Positions 1 to 8,048 of a DNA stretch of 32,000 bases are shown one piece after another. The DNA comes from an uncultured Actinomycetes bacterium (GTDB lineage: Bacteria > Actinomycetota > Actinomycetes > S36-B12 > CAIYMF01): NCBI GenBank assembly GCA_963843975.1, contig CAWJMG010000001.1:570001-602000 (forward strand). The letters run 5' to 3'. Made by a program: the position numbers and the translations under genes. The notes under the pieces were generated by a model. That model saw only the letters and a program-made list of their open reading frames with translations. It did not search any database and was not told the origin of the DNA. The number at the start of each line of letters is the position of its first letter. Position 1 is the stretch's first letter.

Positions 1-438
1 GAAGTCGCGCAGCACCTGCACGATCTTCGCCGCGACGTCGTCGGCGCGGTGCGCGCCCGGGCCGATCGCGCCGCGCAACGTCGAGATGCCCGCGCGGCTG
101 CCGTAGTTGTCACCACGCCCGGCGGCCGCGTGCGGTTCGTCGAGCCACGTCGTCTGCAGCGTGTGGTGCTTGGCCGCCGACCCGAAGTCCCACAGCACCG
201 GGTCCCCACCGCGCGGCAGGATCGCGAACCGGATCATCTTGTCCATCGCCCACGTCCCGATGTGGGTCGCGGTCATGTAGCGGATGTTGTGGAAGTCGAA
301 GGTCAGCACCGCGCCGAGGCTCGACGCCTCGAGCTCGGCCTTGAGCCGCGCCAGGCGCTCGACCCGGAGGCGGCCCATGTCCAGGCGGGACTCCCAGTCG
401 ACCTGGTTCGTGCCGTACGTCGCCGTCAGCTTGCTCAT
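1..438 (-). CDS. M24-family metallopeptidase (creatinase/Xaa-Pro peptidase-like), N-terminal part only; gene continues past the left window edge
   Basis: Not in the ORF track because it is open at the window edge. My minus-strand translation from the ATG at 436-438 reads MSKLTATYGTNQVDWESRLDMGRLRVERLARLKAELEASSLGAVLTFDFHNIRYMTATHIGTWAMDKMIRFAILPRGGDPVLWDFGS... GGAGGA lies about 8 nt upstream. Third codon positions are GC-rich. The pattern resembles the N-domain of creatinase/prolidase-type M24 proteins. Family call is from memory only. Confidence 0.5.
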   Translation of the reverse strand, partial: MSKLTATYGTNQVDWESRLDMGRLRVERLARLKAELEASSLGAVLTFDFHNIRYMTATHIGTWAMDKMIRFAILPRGGDPVLWDFGSAAKHHTLQTTWLDEPHAAAGRGDNYGSRAGISTLRGAIGPGAHRADDVAAKIVQVLRDF

Positions 439-540
439 GGGACAGATCCTCCAGAACGGCCGAGACCAGGGGTCGATGTTCAGTGTGACTGTACTGAGCG
501 CGACGCCGTCTGCACAGGTCGGAGACGGTCCGGCTCGCCG

Positions 541-1431
541 TCAGGGCTGCGGCTCGGTGCGCTCCTGCAGGTAGCGACCCAACGCCGCCATGTCCTGGCC
601 GCCCCAGCCGGCAGCCTGGGCCGACTCGACCTGGCCCCGGGCCGCCCGGGTGGTCGCGAGCGGTACGCCGAGGCTTTCGGCGAGCTCCACGATGAGGCCG
701 AGGTCCTTGGACACCAGGTCGAGGCTCATGGCCACCGGCGTCGACGCGTCGAGGAACGCCGCCCGCTTGTACTGGACGAAGGGCGCGCCCACGACGCTGC
801 GCGAGAGCACGTCGTACGCGTCGTCCGCGGACACCCCCGCCGCCACTGCCAGGGCCAGCGACTCCGACAGCGCCGCGTTCAGGTCGTGGACGGCGAGGTT
901 GACGGCCAGCTTCATGACCTGCCCCCGACCCGTCGCGCCGACATGCAGCACCGATCCGGCGAAGGCCGCCAGCACAGGACGTGCGAGGTCCACGTCGGCC
1001 GCGTCACCGCTGGCCATGACGAGGAGCGTGCCGCCGGCGACCGCGGGGACGCTGCCGGACACGGGCGCGTCGACGTAACGCCGACCAGCCGCACCGAAGC
1101 CCGCCGCCAGTCGAGCGGACGCCTCGACTCCGCTCGTTCCGAGGTCGACGACGACGGTGCCGGGGCCGATGGCCTCGAGCACATCGGCGGCGAGCAGCAC
1201 CGCGCAGGTCACGTCGCCGTCGGCGAGCATGGTGAGCACGATCTCGGCCCCGCCCACGGCGTCGACGACCGTGGAGCAGGCGCGGGTGCGGCCGTCCGCG
1301 TCCTCCTGCGCGAGCGACTCGGCGCTCGCCGCGGTCCTGTTCCACACGGCCACGTGGTGCCCGGCGCCGGCCAGCCGCCGAGCCATGGCAGCCCCCATGC
1401 GTCCGAGCCCCAGCACTGCAACAGCCGCCAC
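541..1431 (-). CDS. NAD(P)-dependent oxidoreductase, 3-hydroxyisobutyrate/6-phosphogluconate dehydrogenase-like (HIBADH family)
   Basis: 296-aa track ORF with a GTG start. N-terminal Rossmann motif VAVLGLGRMGAAMARRLAGAGHHVAVWNRT. Central LLVMASGD and C-terminal helical domain are typical of the family. Confidence 0.85.
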   Translation of the reverse strand: MAAVAVLGLGRMGAAMARRLAGAGHHVAVWNRTAASAESLAQEDADGRTRACSTVVDAVGGAEIVLTMLADGDVTCAVLLAADVLEAIGPGTVVVDLGTSGVEASARLAAGFGAAGRRYVDAPVSGSVPAVAGGTLLVMASGDAADVDLARPVLAAFAGSVLHVGATGRGQVMKLAVNLAVHDLNAALSESLALAVAAGVSADDAYDVLSRSVVGAPFVQYKRAAFLDASTPVAMSLDLVSKDLGLIVELAESLGVPLATTRAARGQVESAQAAGWGGQDMAALGRYLQERTEPQP

Positions 1432-1526
1432 GTCGCCGTCCCTCTCGTGTCGCGGATCGCGCTCGAATGTTCAGGCAGAGTGAACGCGCACGCCCAGGCT
1501 GTCAAGGCGGGCCGCGACCGCCTCGC

Positions 1527-2459
1527 TCAGGCGCGGGCGGCGCGGACGTACTTGAGGATCCCGTAGTACAGCCCGGTCGCGACCTTCTGCCGGCCTGCGG
1601 CCGTCGACGCGATCCGGGCGTCGGCGGCGTTGCGCATGTTGAGCGCCTCGACCATCACGGTCGGCACGTCGGACATGTTGAGGGTCCCGACGTCCTTGCG
1701 CACCGAGAGAGGGCTGCCGAGGTACGTCGTCTTGCGCAGCCCGCCGGCCGCGAGCCCCGCGATCATCTGCGCGGCGAGCGATCGCGAGCCCGCGTAGATG
1801 TCGTCGGTGTAGCCCTTGTAGAACGCCGGTGCGATCACGTGGAAGCCGCGGCCCGACGCCGGGGCGCCGTCGCCGTGCACCGACACCATGAGGTTGGCCT
1901 TCTCCTGCGCGGCGAACGAGCCGCGGGCGCCCACGCAGGGGCCGTACGTCGCCGCGTTGTTGCGGTCGCGCGTGACGAACACGGTCGCGCCGTGCGCGGC
2001 GAGCAGGCGCCGCAGCCGCGCGACGACGTCGAAGGTGAACGACGACTCGGGGTAGCCGGCGTTCGTGGCCGTGCCCGTCGTGTTGCAGGTCTTGGTGAGC
2101 CCGACCCACGAGGTCTGGTTGATCGCCGAGATGTGCAGCGAGTTGCCGAGGTCGTGGCCGGGGTCGAGCGCGATCTTCATCCCGGCGAGCTCACCGGTGC
2201 GCGTGGGCGAGAACGCCACCGGCTTCGGCCACCCGGCGGCCCAGGCCGCGGAGGGCTTGGACTTCCCACGGGGCCACCAGCGCGGCGCCACCGGGACTGC
2301 GTGCCCGCCCTCCCAGCTGGACGGCGTCGGCCCAGTCGCAGGGAGCGCCGCCGGGGCAGCAGCCGTCCGCGCCACGGGAGCCGGGGTCGCGCCGGCGGTG
2401 CCCGCGGCAGCGAGGGGCACCAGTGCTGCAGCGGTGAGGACGGCGGCGAGTCTGCGCAT
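1527..2459 (-). CDS. secreted N-acetylmuramoyl-L-alanine amidase (Amidase_3 type)
   Basis: Track ORF 1527..2510. I prefer the internal ATG at 2457-2459 (MRRLAAVLTAAALVPLAAAGTAGA), which gives a signal peptide. The catalytic part KIALDPGHDLGN...ESSFTFDV...VFVTRD...ANLMVSVHGDG...GFHV...ALNMRNAADA matches the MurNAc-LAA pattern. Confidence 0.8.
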   Translation of the reverse strand: MRRLAAVLTAAALVPLAAAGTAGATPAPVARTAAAPAALPATGPTPSSWEGGHAVPVAPRWWPRGKSKPSAAWAAGWPKPVAFSPTRTGELAGMKIALDPGHDLGNSLHISAINQTSWVGLTKTCNTTGTATNAGYPESSFTFDVVARLRRLLAAHGATVFVTRDRNNAATYGPCVGARGSFAAQEKANLMVSVHGDGAPASGRGFHVIAPAFYKGYTDDIYAGSRSLAAQMIAGLAAGGLRKTTYLGSPLSVRKDVGTLNMSDVPTVMVEALNMRNAADARIASTAAGRQKVATGLYYGILKYVRAARA

Positions 2460-2541
2460 CCCGCCACTGTGCCATCCGTCTGCGCCCGGACGCGACGAAG
2501 GGCCGCCCATCCGGAAGGCCCTTCGACGAACGTGCGTGGTG

Positions 2542-3427
2542 CTAGCGCGCCTCGATGATCTCGCGCATGAGGCGGGCGGTCTCGGACGGCGTCTTGCCGA
2601 CCTTCACGCCCGCGGCCTCGAGGGCCTCCTTCTTGGCCTGCGCGGTGCCGGACGAGCCCGACACGATCGCGCCGGCGTGGCCCATCGTCTTGCCCTCGGG
2701 GGCGGTGAAGCCCGCGACGTAGCCGACGACGGGCTTGGTGATGTTGTCCTTGATGTACGCCGCCGCGCGCTCCTCGGCGTCGCCGCCGATCTCGCCGATC
2801 ATCACGATCGCGTCGGTCTCGGGGTCGGCCTCGAACGCGGCGAGCGCGTCGATGTGCGTCGTGCCGATGACGGGGTCGCCGCCGATGCCCACGGCCGAGG
2901 AGAAGCCGAGGTCACGGAGCTCGTACATCATCTGGTAGGTCAGCGTGCCCGACTTGGACACCAGGCCGATGCGGCCGGCCTTGGCGATCGTGCCCGGGAT
3001 GATGCCCGCGTTGGACTTCCCGGGGCTGATCAGGCCGGGGCAGTTCGGGCCGATGATCCGCGTGGTGCCGGAGTTGAGCGCGTACTGGTGGAACGCACGC
3101 GGTGTCGTGGATCGCGATGCCCTCGGTGATGACGACGACCAGCGGGATCGCGGCGTCGATCGCCTCGACCACGGCGGCCTTGGCGAACTTCGGCGGCACG
3201 AAGACCACCGACACGTCGGCACCGGTGGCCGCCACGGCCTCCTGGCAGGAGTTGAACACCGGGATGTCGCGGCCCTCGGCGGTGACCGTCTGGCCGCCCT
3301 TGCCCGGGGTGACGCCGGCGACGATGTTCGCGTGCGACCCGAGCATGCGGATCGTGTGCTTGGTGCCCTCGGAGCCGGTGATGCCCTGGACGAGGATCTT
3401 GGAGTTCTCGGTGAGGAAGATCGCCAT
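2542..3427 (-). pseudogene. sucD: succinate--CoA ligase subunit alpha, reading frame interrupted by an apparent single-base insertion near 3093-3106
   Basis: N-terminal ~108 codons ([24 protein letters not shown]...[13 protein letters not shown]) lie in the frame of ORF 2912..3649(-). The C-terminal ~185 codons ([27 protein letters not shown]...SKSGTLTYQ...[10 protein letters not shown]...) lie in the frame of ORF 2542..3222(-). The ATG at 3425-3427 is 5 nt after the sucC stop. Confidence 0.9.
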
Positions 3428-3432
3428 GAGTG

Positions 3433-4611
3433 TCAGGCCCCCTGAGCCGCGAGCTGGGCCACGCGGCGCGCGGCGTCGTCCATCGTGTCCACGAGCTCCA
3501 CGAGCGGGTTGGCCGCGTCCTGGAGGATCTGCCGACCGAGGTCGGCGTTGTTGCCGTCGAGGCGGACGACGAGCGGCTTGGTGACCGGCTCGCCCTTGTC
3601 CGCGAGCAGCGCGATGGCCTGCACGATGCCGTTCGCGACGGCGTCGCACGCGGTGATGCCGCCGAAGACGTTCACGAACACGGCGTTCACCTCGGCGTCG
3701 CCGAGGATGATCTCGAGGCCGTCGGCCATGACCTGCGCCGAGGCGCCTCCGCCGATGTCGAGGAAGTTGGCCGGCTTCTGGCCGCCGAACTCCTCGCCGG
3801 CGTAGGCGACGACGTCGAGCGTGCTCATGACGAGGCCGGCGCCGTTGCCGATGATGCCGACCGAGCCCGAGAGCTTGACGTAGTTGAGGTCCTTCTCGCG
3901 GGCCTTGAGCTCCAGCGGGTCCGTCGCGGTGTCATCGACGAGGGACTCGAAGTCGGGGTGGCGGAACTCGGCGTTCTCGTCGAGCGAGACCTTGCCGTCC
4001 AGCGCCACGACGAGGCCCTCGGGGGTCTTCACCAGCGGGTTCACCTCGACGAGGGTGGCGTCCTCCTTGATGAAGACGTCCCACAGCTTCTGCAGGATCA
4101 CCACGACCTGGTCGCGCACCGAGGCGTCGAAGCCGGCGGCGTCCGCGATCTCCTCGGCCTTGGCCTGGTCGACGCCGACGATCGCGTCGATGGGCACCTT
4201 GGCGAGGGCCTCGGGCCGCTCGACGGCGAGCTGCTCGATCTCCATGCCGCCCTCCTTGCTCGCCATGGCGAGGAAGGTGCGGTGGGCGCGGTCGAGCAGG
4301 AAGGAGACGTAGTACTCCTCCGCGATGTCGGCCGCCGGGTTGATGAGCACCTGGTGGACGATGTGGCCCTTGATGTCGAGGCCGAGGATGTCGTGGGCGC
4401 GGTCGTGCGCCTCCTGCGGCGTCGCGGCGAGCTTGACGCCGCCGGCCTTGCCGCGGCCGCCGGTCTTCACCTGCGCCTTGACCACGACGAGGCCGCCGAT
4501 GCGTGCGGCGGCCTCCTGCGCGTGCTTCGGGGTGCGCACGACCTCGCCGGCCTGGGTCGGAACCCCGTGCTTGGCGAAGAGCTCCTTCGCCTGGTACTCG
4601 TACAGATCCAC
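3433..4611 (-). CDS. sucC: succinate--CoA ligase [ADP-forming] subunit beta
   Basis: Track ORF 3433..4659. The canonical N-terminus [19 protein letters not shown] begins at the GTG at 4609-4611. ATP-grasp and CoA-ligase motifs run throughout, and sucD follows immediately downstream. Confidence 0.93.
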   Translation of the reverse strand: MDLYEYQAKELFAKHGVPTQAGEVVRTPKHAQEAAARIGGLVVVKAQVKTGGRGKAGGVKLAATPQEAHDRAHDILGLDIKGHIVHQVLINPAADIAEEYYVSFLLDRAHRTFLAMASKEGGMEIEQLAVERPEALAKVPIDAIVGVDQAKAEEIADAAGFDASVRDQVVVILQKLWDVFIKEDATLVEVNPLVKTPEGLVVALDGKVSLDENAEFRHPDFESLVDDTATDPLELKAREKDLNYVKLSGSVGIIGNGAGLVMSTLDVVAYAGEEFGGQKPANFLDIGGGASAQVMADGLEIILGDAEVNAVFVNVFGGITACDAVANGIVQAIALLADKGEPVTKPLVVRLDGNNADLGRQILQDAANPLVELVDTMDDAARRVAQLAAQGA

Positions 4612-4765
4612 CGCTGGCAGTCCTGACTGGAGAAATCTGAGCGGGCGCACCGGGGTCACCGGGCGGCGTCCGCAAGGACGAGGGCGAGCCTAACGGCGGG
4701 ATGTACCGCCCTCGACCGCTGCCCCGGATCGGTTCCGCAGGACGGGAAGAACCTGCGCCGAGCGG

Positions 4766-4964
4766 TCACGAGGCACGGGGCCGGAGGTGAGGAGGCGGCC
4801 CGCAGGGTCGCCGATCGAGCCGACCGCGAGCGCAGCGAGCCAGGACCCGCCGCCGCGATCTGGTCACCGACCACGCGGGACCGGAGGCGACGACGCGGCC
4901 CGCAGGGTCGCCGAGGGAGCCGACTGCGAGCGCCAGCGAGCGAGGGCCCGCCGCCGCGCAGCGG
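4766..4964. repeat. two adjacent direct copies (4766-4863 and 4864-4964) of a ~100-bp intergenic unit
   Basis: Hand alignment. Both copies start tcac.ga..cacg.gg.ccggagg and share a near-identical core gcggcccgcagggtcgccga..gagccgac.gcgagcgc.agcgagc..gg.cccgccgccgcg (cores start at 4795 and 4895). Each core contains a GC-rich hairpin GGCGGCCC-GCA-GGGTCGCC. Confidence 0.8.
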
Positions 4965-4970
4965 CCAGAA

Positions 4971-5411
4971 TTACGCGGAGGCGCCCACGCGGTCCACGAC
5001 CCAGTCGACGATCGACTGCGTGGTGGCACCGGGGGTGAAGATCTTCGCGACGCCCAGCTTCTCGAGCTCGGGGATGTCGCCGTCGGGGATGATCCCGCCG
5101 CCGAAGACCACGATGTCGCGGGCGTCGCGCTCGGCGAGCTTCTCGAGGACCGCGCCGAACAGGGTCATGTGGGCACCGGAGAGCACGGACAGTCCGATGA
5201 CGTCGGCGTCCTCCTGGATCGCGGTCTCGACGATCTGATCGGGAGTCTGGTGGAGCCCGGTGTAGACGACCTCGATGCCGGCGTCGCGCAGCGCACGGGC
5301 GACGACCTTGGCGCCACGGTCGTGGCCGTCGAGGCCCGGCTTGGCCACGACGACGCGGATCGGCGACCCGGACGCGGTGCGCGGCGCGGCTGAGGCGGCG
5401 GTCGTGCTCAT
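4971..5411 (-). CDS. cobalamin (B12)-binding domain protein, methylmalonyl-CoA mutase-type small subunit
   Basis: 146-aa ORF. It carries [63 protein letters not shown], containing the DxHxxG...SxL...GG B12-binding signature. A strong AGGAGGAA lies before the ATG at 5411. Confidence 0.85.
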   Translation of the reverse strand: MSTTAASAAPRTASGSPIRVVVAKPGLDGHDRGAKVVARALRDAGIEVVYTGLHQTPDQIVETAIQEDADVIGLSVLSGAHMTLFGAVLEKLAERDARDIVVFGGGIIPDGDIPELEKLGVAKIFTPGATTQSIVDWVVDRVGASA

Positions 5412-5535
5412 GGCGTTCCTCCTGGAGACACGCGGGCTGCTTCGAGACTACGCCGGACGTGTACCGCTCGGGCGGGGACGTGTCGCGACGCCGGTCACAG
5501 GCGACGCGCGGCGGCCCAGGGTCTACCCTCCGAGC

Positions 5536-6534
5536 GTGCCCACCGACCGTCCGGACGACGACGCGCGCGAGCCCTCCCGGCTCGAGCGCGCGGCCCGCAC
5601 GGTCGACGACGCCCGGCGTCGGGCAGAGGAGGCGCGCCGCGCCCTGCTGTCGCCGTCCGGCGTCCGCGGGGTGACTGTCGAGGCCGCATGGTGGGTGGCC
5701 CACCTGGCGATGTGGCCGTTCGCGCACCGCGACGAGCGCACCGACGACGTCCTGCAGCGCAGCCGTGTGTACGACGCCCCACCGGTGCATCGCGCGCTGC
5801 TCGTCGGCGACGTCGAGGCCGCGGGGACGCCGATCATCCTGGTGCACGGCATCGTCGACAACCGCTCGGTGTTCACGCTGTTGCGCCGCGGTCTGCGCCG
5901 CCGCGGGTTCGGCCGCGTCGTGACCGTGAACTACTCGTCCATCACCGGCGACGTTCGCATGCTGGCCGACAAGCTCGGCGAGCTCGTCGAGGAGGTGTGC
6001 GAGGAGACGGGGTACGAGCGCGTCCACGTGGTGGGCCACTCGCTCGGCGGTCTCGTCGCGCGCTACTACGTCCAGCGCCTCGGCGGTGACGAGCGCGTGC
6101 ACACCCTCGTCACCCTCGGCTCGCCGCACTCGGGCACGCTTCCGGCGTACGTCCTCCCGCACCCGCTCGTGCGCCAGCTGCGGCCCGGCAGCGACGTCGT
6201 GCGCGAGCTGGCGGAGCCCGCGCAGGGCTGCCGCACGCGGTTCGTCGCGGTGTGGAGCGACCTCGACCAGATGATCGTCCCGCAGCGCTCGGGGCGGGTC
6301 GTGCACCCCGACCTCTCCGCGCGGAACGTGTTCGTCCGCGGCGTCGGGCACATGTCGTTGCCGGTCGACGGCCGCGTGGTGCACGAGATCTGCACGACGC
6401 TCGCCCACCTCGACCACGAGGGCCACACGGTGGCCGCCGGTGCGACGTCGATCGCGAGCTCCACCGGGCGCAGCGGGCCTGCCGCCACCCCGGCTGCCGG
6501 CGAGCGGCCGGCCCGAGGGCGATCCCGGGGCTGA
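5536..6534 (+). CDS. alpha/beta hydrolase (lipase/esterase-like)
   Basis: Frame of track ORF 5275..6534. Core ILVHGIVDNRSVF...VHVVGHSLGGLVARYY...LVTLGSPHSGT contains the GxSxG nucleophile elbow. Start is uncertain. The ATG at 5410 would overlap the divergent gene start, so I chose the GTG at 5536. Confidence 0.7.
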   Translation: MPTDRPDDDAREPSRLERAARTVDDARRRAEEARRALLSPSGVRGVTVEAAWWVAHLAMWPFAHRDERTDDVLQRSRVYDAPPVHRALLVGDVEAAGTPIILVHGIVDNRSVFTLLRRGLRRRGFGRVVTVNYSSITGDVRMLADKLGELVEEVCEETGYERVHVVGHSLGGLVARYYVQRLGGDERVHTLVTLGSPHSGTLPAYVLPHPLVRQLRPGSDVVRELAEPAQGCRTRFVAVWSDLDQMIVPQRSGRVVHPDLSARNVFVRGVGHMSLPVDGRVVHEICTTLAHLDHEGHTVAAGATSIASSTGRSGPAATPAAGERPARGRSRG

Positions 6535-6664
6535 CACCCACCCCGGCGTGTCGTCGCTCTTCGTGCCTGAGCGACTGCACTCCGTAGAACTTTGCTGAGT
6601 CCTCTGTCACTCCAAGCGGTGAACGACTTGGCCGCAGGACCCGCGGGCGGAGAGGATCTCCCCC

Positions 6665-7534
6665 GTGCCCGGACCCCGAGCGCTCCACCCCGCCCGCTAC
6701 GGCCTCGCCGTCGCGGCCGGTTGTGCCGCGCTCGCCCTGACCGGGGCCGGACTCGCTGCCGCGCCGCCGGCCCAGGTCCAGGCCGAGCCCACGGCACCGC
6801 TCGCGGCCCCTGCCTTCAGCGGCTCGGACACCTCGATCGGACTCTTCTCGGGCACCTCCGCGTTCGTGGTCGACGACGCCGCCATCCCGGACCCCGCGCC
6901 GCAGGTGGCCACGATCGGCGCGATCCGCGCCTCCACCACCGGTGCGGAGATCCAGGCGGCGATCAAGAAGGTGCGGGCCGCCGAGGCCAAGGCCCGTGCC
7001 GCCGCGGCCGAGCGCGCTCGCCGCCTCGCCGAGCGCAAGCGGCAGGCGGCCGCCCGCGCAGCTCGCGCAGCCCTCGTCGTCTCCCCCGTCGCGTGGTACC
7101 GGCTCTCGGCCGGCTTCGGCGACCGCGGCGGCTGGTCGAGCGGCCGCCACACCGGCCTCGACTTCCGCGCCCCCACCGGCACCCCGGTGATGGCCGTGCA
7201 CCAGGGGCGCGTCGCCAAGACCGCGTGGCACCCGGCGTACGGGCGCATGATCATCCTCGACCTCGGCAACGGCGTGACCGCGTGGTACTGCCACCTGTCG
7301 CGCGTCTCGGTGTCCCCCGGCGAGCGAGTCTCCGCAGGCGAGCGGATCGGCGCGGTCGGCACGTCCGGCAACACCTCGGGCCCGCACCTGCACTTCGAGG
7401 TCCGGATCTGGGACCAGCCCACCGATCCGCGCGAGTACCTCTGGGGCAGCCACCGCGGCCGCCCGGGCTCGGTGCCCGGCTGGACCTACGGCACCGTGCA
7501 GCCGTACGACACGCTCGGCCAGTACTCCTTCTGA
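6665..7534 (+). CDS. secreted M23-family peptidoglycan metalloendopeptidase
   Basis: 289-aa ORF with a GTG start and signal-like N-terminus (LAVAAGCAALALTGAGLAAAPPAQ). There is an Ala/Arg coiled segment. The C-terminal part HTGLDFRAPTGTPVMAV...GNTSGPHLHFEV carries the HxxxD and HxH M23 motifs. Confidence 0.9.
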   Translation: MPGPRALHPARYGLAVAAGCAALALTGAGLAAAPPAQVQAEPTAPLAAPAFSGSDTSIGLFSGTSAFVVDDAAIPDPAPQVATIGAIRASTTGAEIQAAIKKVRAAEAKARAAAAERARRLAERKRQAAARAARAALVVSPVAWYRLSAGFGDRGGWSSGRHTGLDFRAPTGTPVMAVHQGRVAKTAWHPAYGRMIILDLGNGVTAWYCHLSRVSVSPGERVSAGERIGAVGTSGNTSGPHLHFEVRIWDQPTDPREYLWGSHRGRPGSVPGWTYGTVQPYDTLGQYSF

Positions 7535-7556
7535 CGCCTCCTGCACCGAGCGGCCA

Positions 7557-7576
7557 GGAAGCCCACGCCGGCTTCT
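7557..7576 (+). terminator. candidate stem-loop downstream of the M23 gene
   Basis: GAAGCC (7558-7563) pairs with GGCTTC (7570-7575) around a 6-nt loop, about 23 nt after the stop. No clear U-tract. Confidence 0.3.
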
Positions 7577-7599
7577 GTCGCTTCAGCGCGTGAGGCGCG

Positions 7600-7983
7600 A
7601 TGCGGCGAAAACCCGTTGATCGGCGACGACGCCGCTGCCACGCTCGGCCGGTGGCCCCGTACAGCGAGACCGAGCTGACCAGCGCCTTCCTGGCCGCGGC
7701 GGACCGGGTGGCGGTCGAACGCCCCGGAGTCGACGTCGACCTCGCCCGTGAGCTCATGGGCGAGGCGGCGCAGATGCTGCACAACAGCCTGGCGATCGAG
7801 TACATCGACGAGCGCGACGCGACGGCCGTGATCGAGGCCCTGGCCGCCGACCTCGTGGCCGAGGACCCGGGAGCCGCGGTGCGCGCGCGGGCAGCGGCGG
7901 CGGCCGCGACACCCGGCGACCTGCACGACCCCGAGGCCGCGGCATCGGCGTACCTGACCGCCGCCCAGGTCCTCCGTATCTGA
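7600..7983 (+). CDS. hypothetical small acidic Ala-rich protein (start uncertain; GTG at 7651 is possible)
   Basis: The frame has strongly GC-biased third positions from about 7651 onward (VAPYSETELTSAFLAAADRVAVERPGVDVDLARELMGEAAQMLHNSLAIEYIDERD...). I recognise no family. Confidence 0.55.
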   Translation: MRRKPVDRRRRRCHARPVAPYSETELTSAFLAAADRVAVERPGVDVDLARELMGEAAQMLHNSLAIEYIDERDATAVIEALAADLVAEDPGAAVRARAAAAAATPGDLHDPEAAASAYLTAAQVLRI

Positions 7984-8001
7984 CGCGCCTCGCCCAGCTG
8001 G

Positions 8002-8031
8002 ATGCCCGAAAACCCCTGTGGTTTCAGGCAT
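8002..8031. terminator. imperfect hairpin between the convergent hypothetical gene and pcrA (possible bidirectional terminator)
   Basis: ATGCC/GGCAT, GAAA/TTTC and CC/GG segments pair around the loop CCTGT. It lies between the stop codons at 7983 and 8049. Confidence 0.4.
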
Positions 8032-8048
8032 TCAGGTGGGTGAGGTGG

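Noticed and set aside
49-1566. 505-aa plus-strand ORF over the first 1.5 kb
   Set aside because: It is antisense to the M24 peptidase fragment and the HIBADH-like oxidoreductase, both of which have real family motifs and sensible starts and RBSs.
5412-5535. Cobalamin riboswitch upstream of the B12-binding subunit gene
   Set aside because: The spacer is only about 124 nt, I found no B12-box-like core, and it must also hold the divergent hydrolase promoter.
4864-7546. 557-aa and 478-aa minus-strand ORFs across the B12 gene, hydrolase and M23 region
   Set aside because: They are shadow ORFs with Arg/Pro-rich nonsense. The plus-strand hydrolase and M23 genes and the minus-strand B12 gene account for the coding signal.
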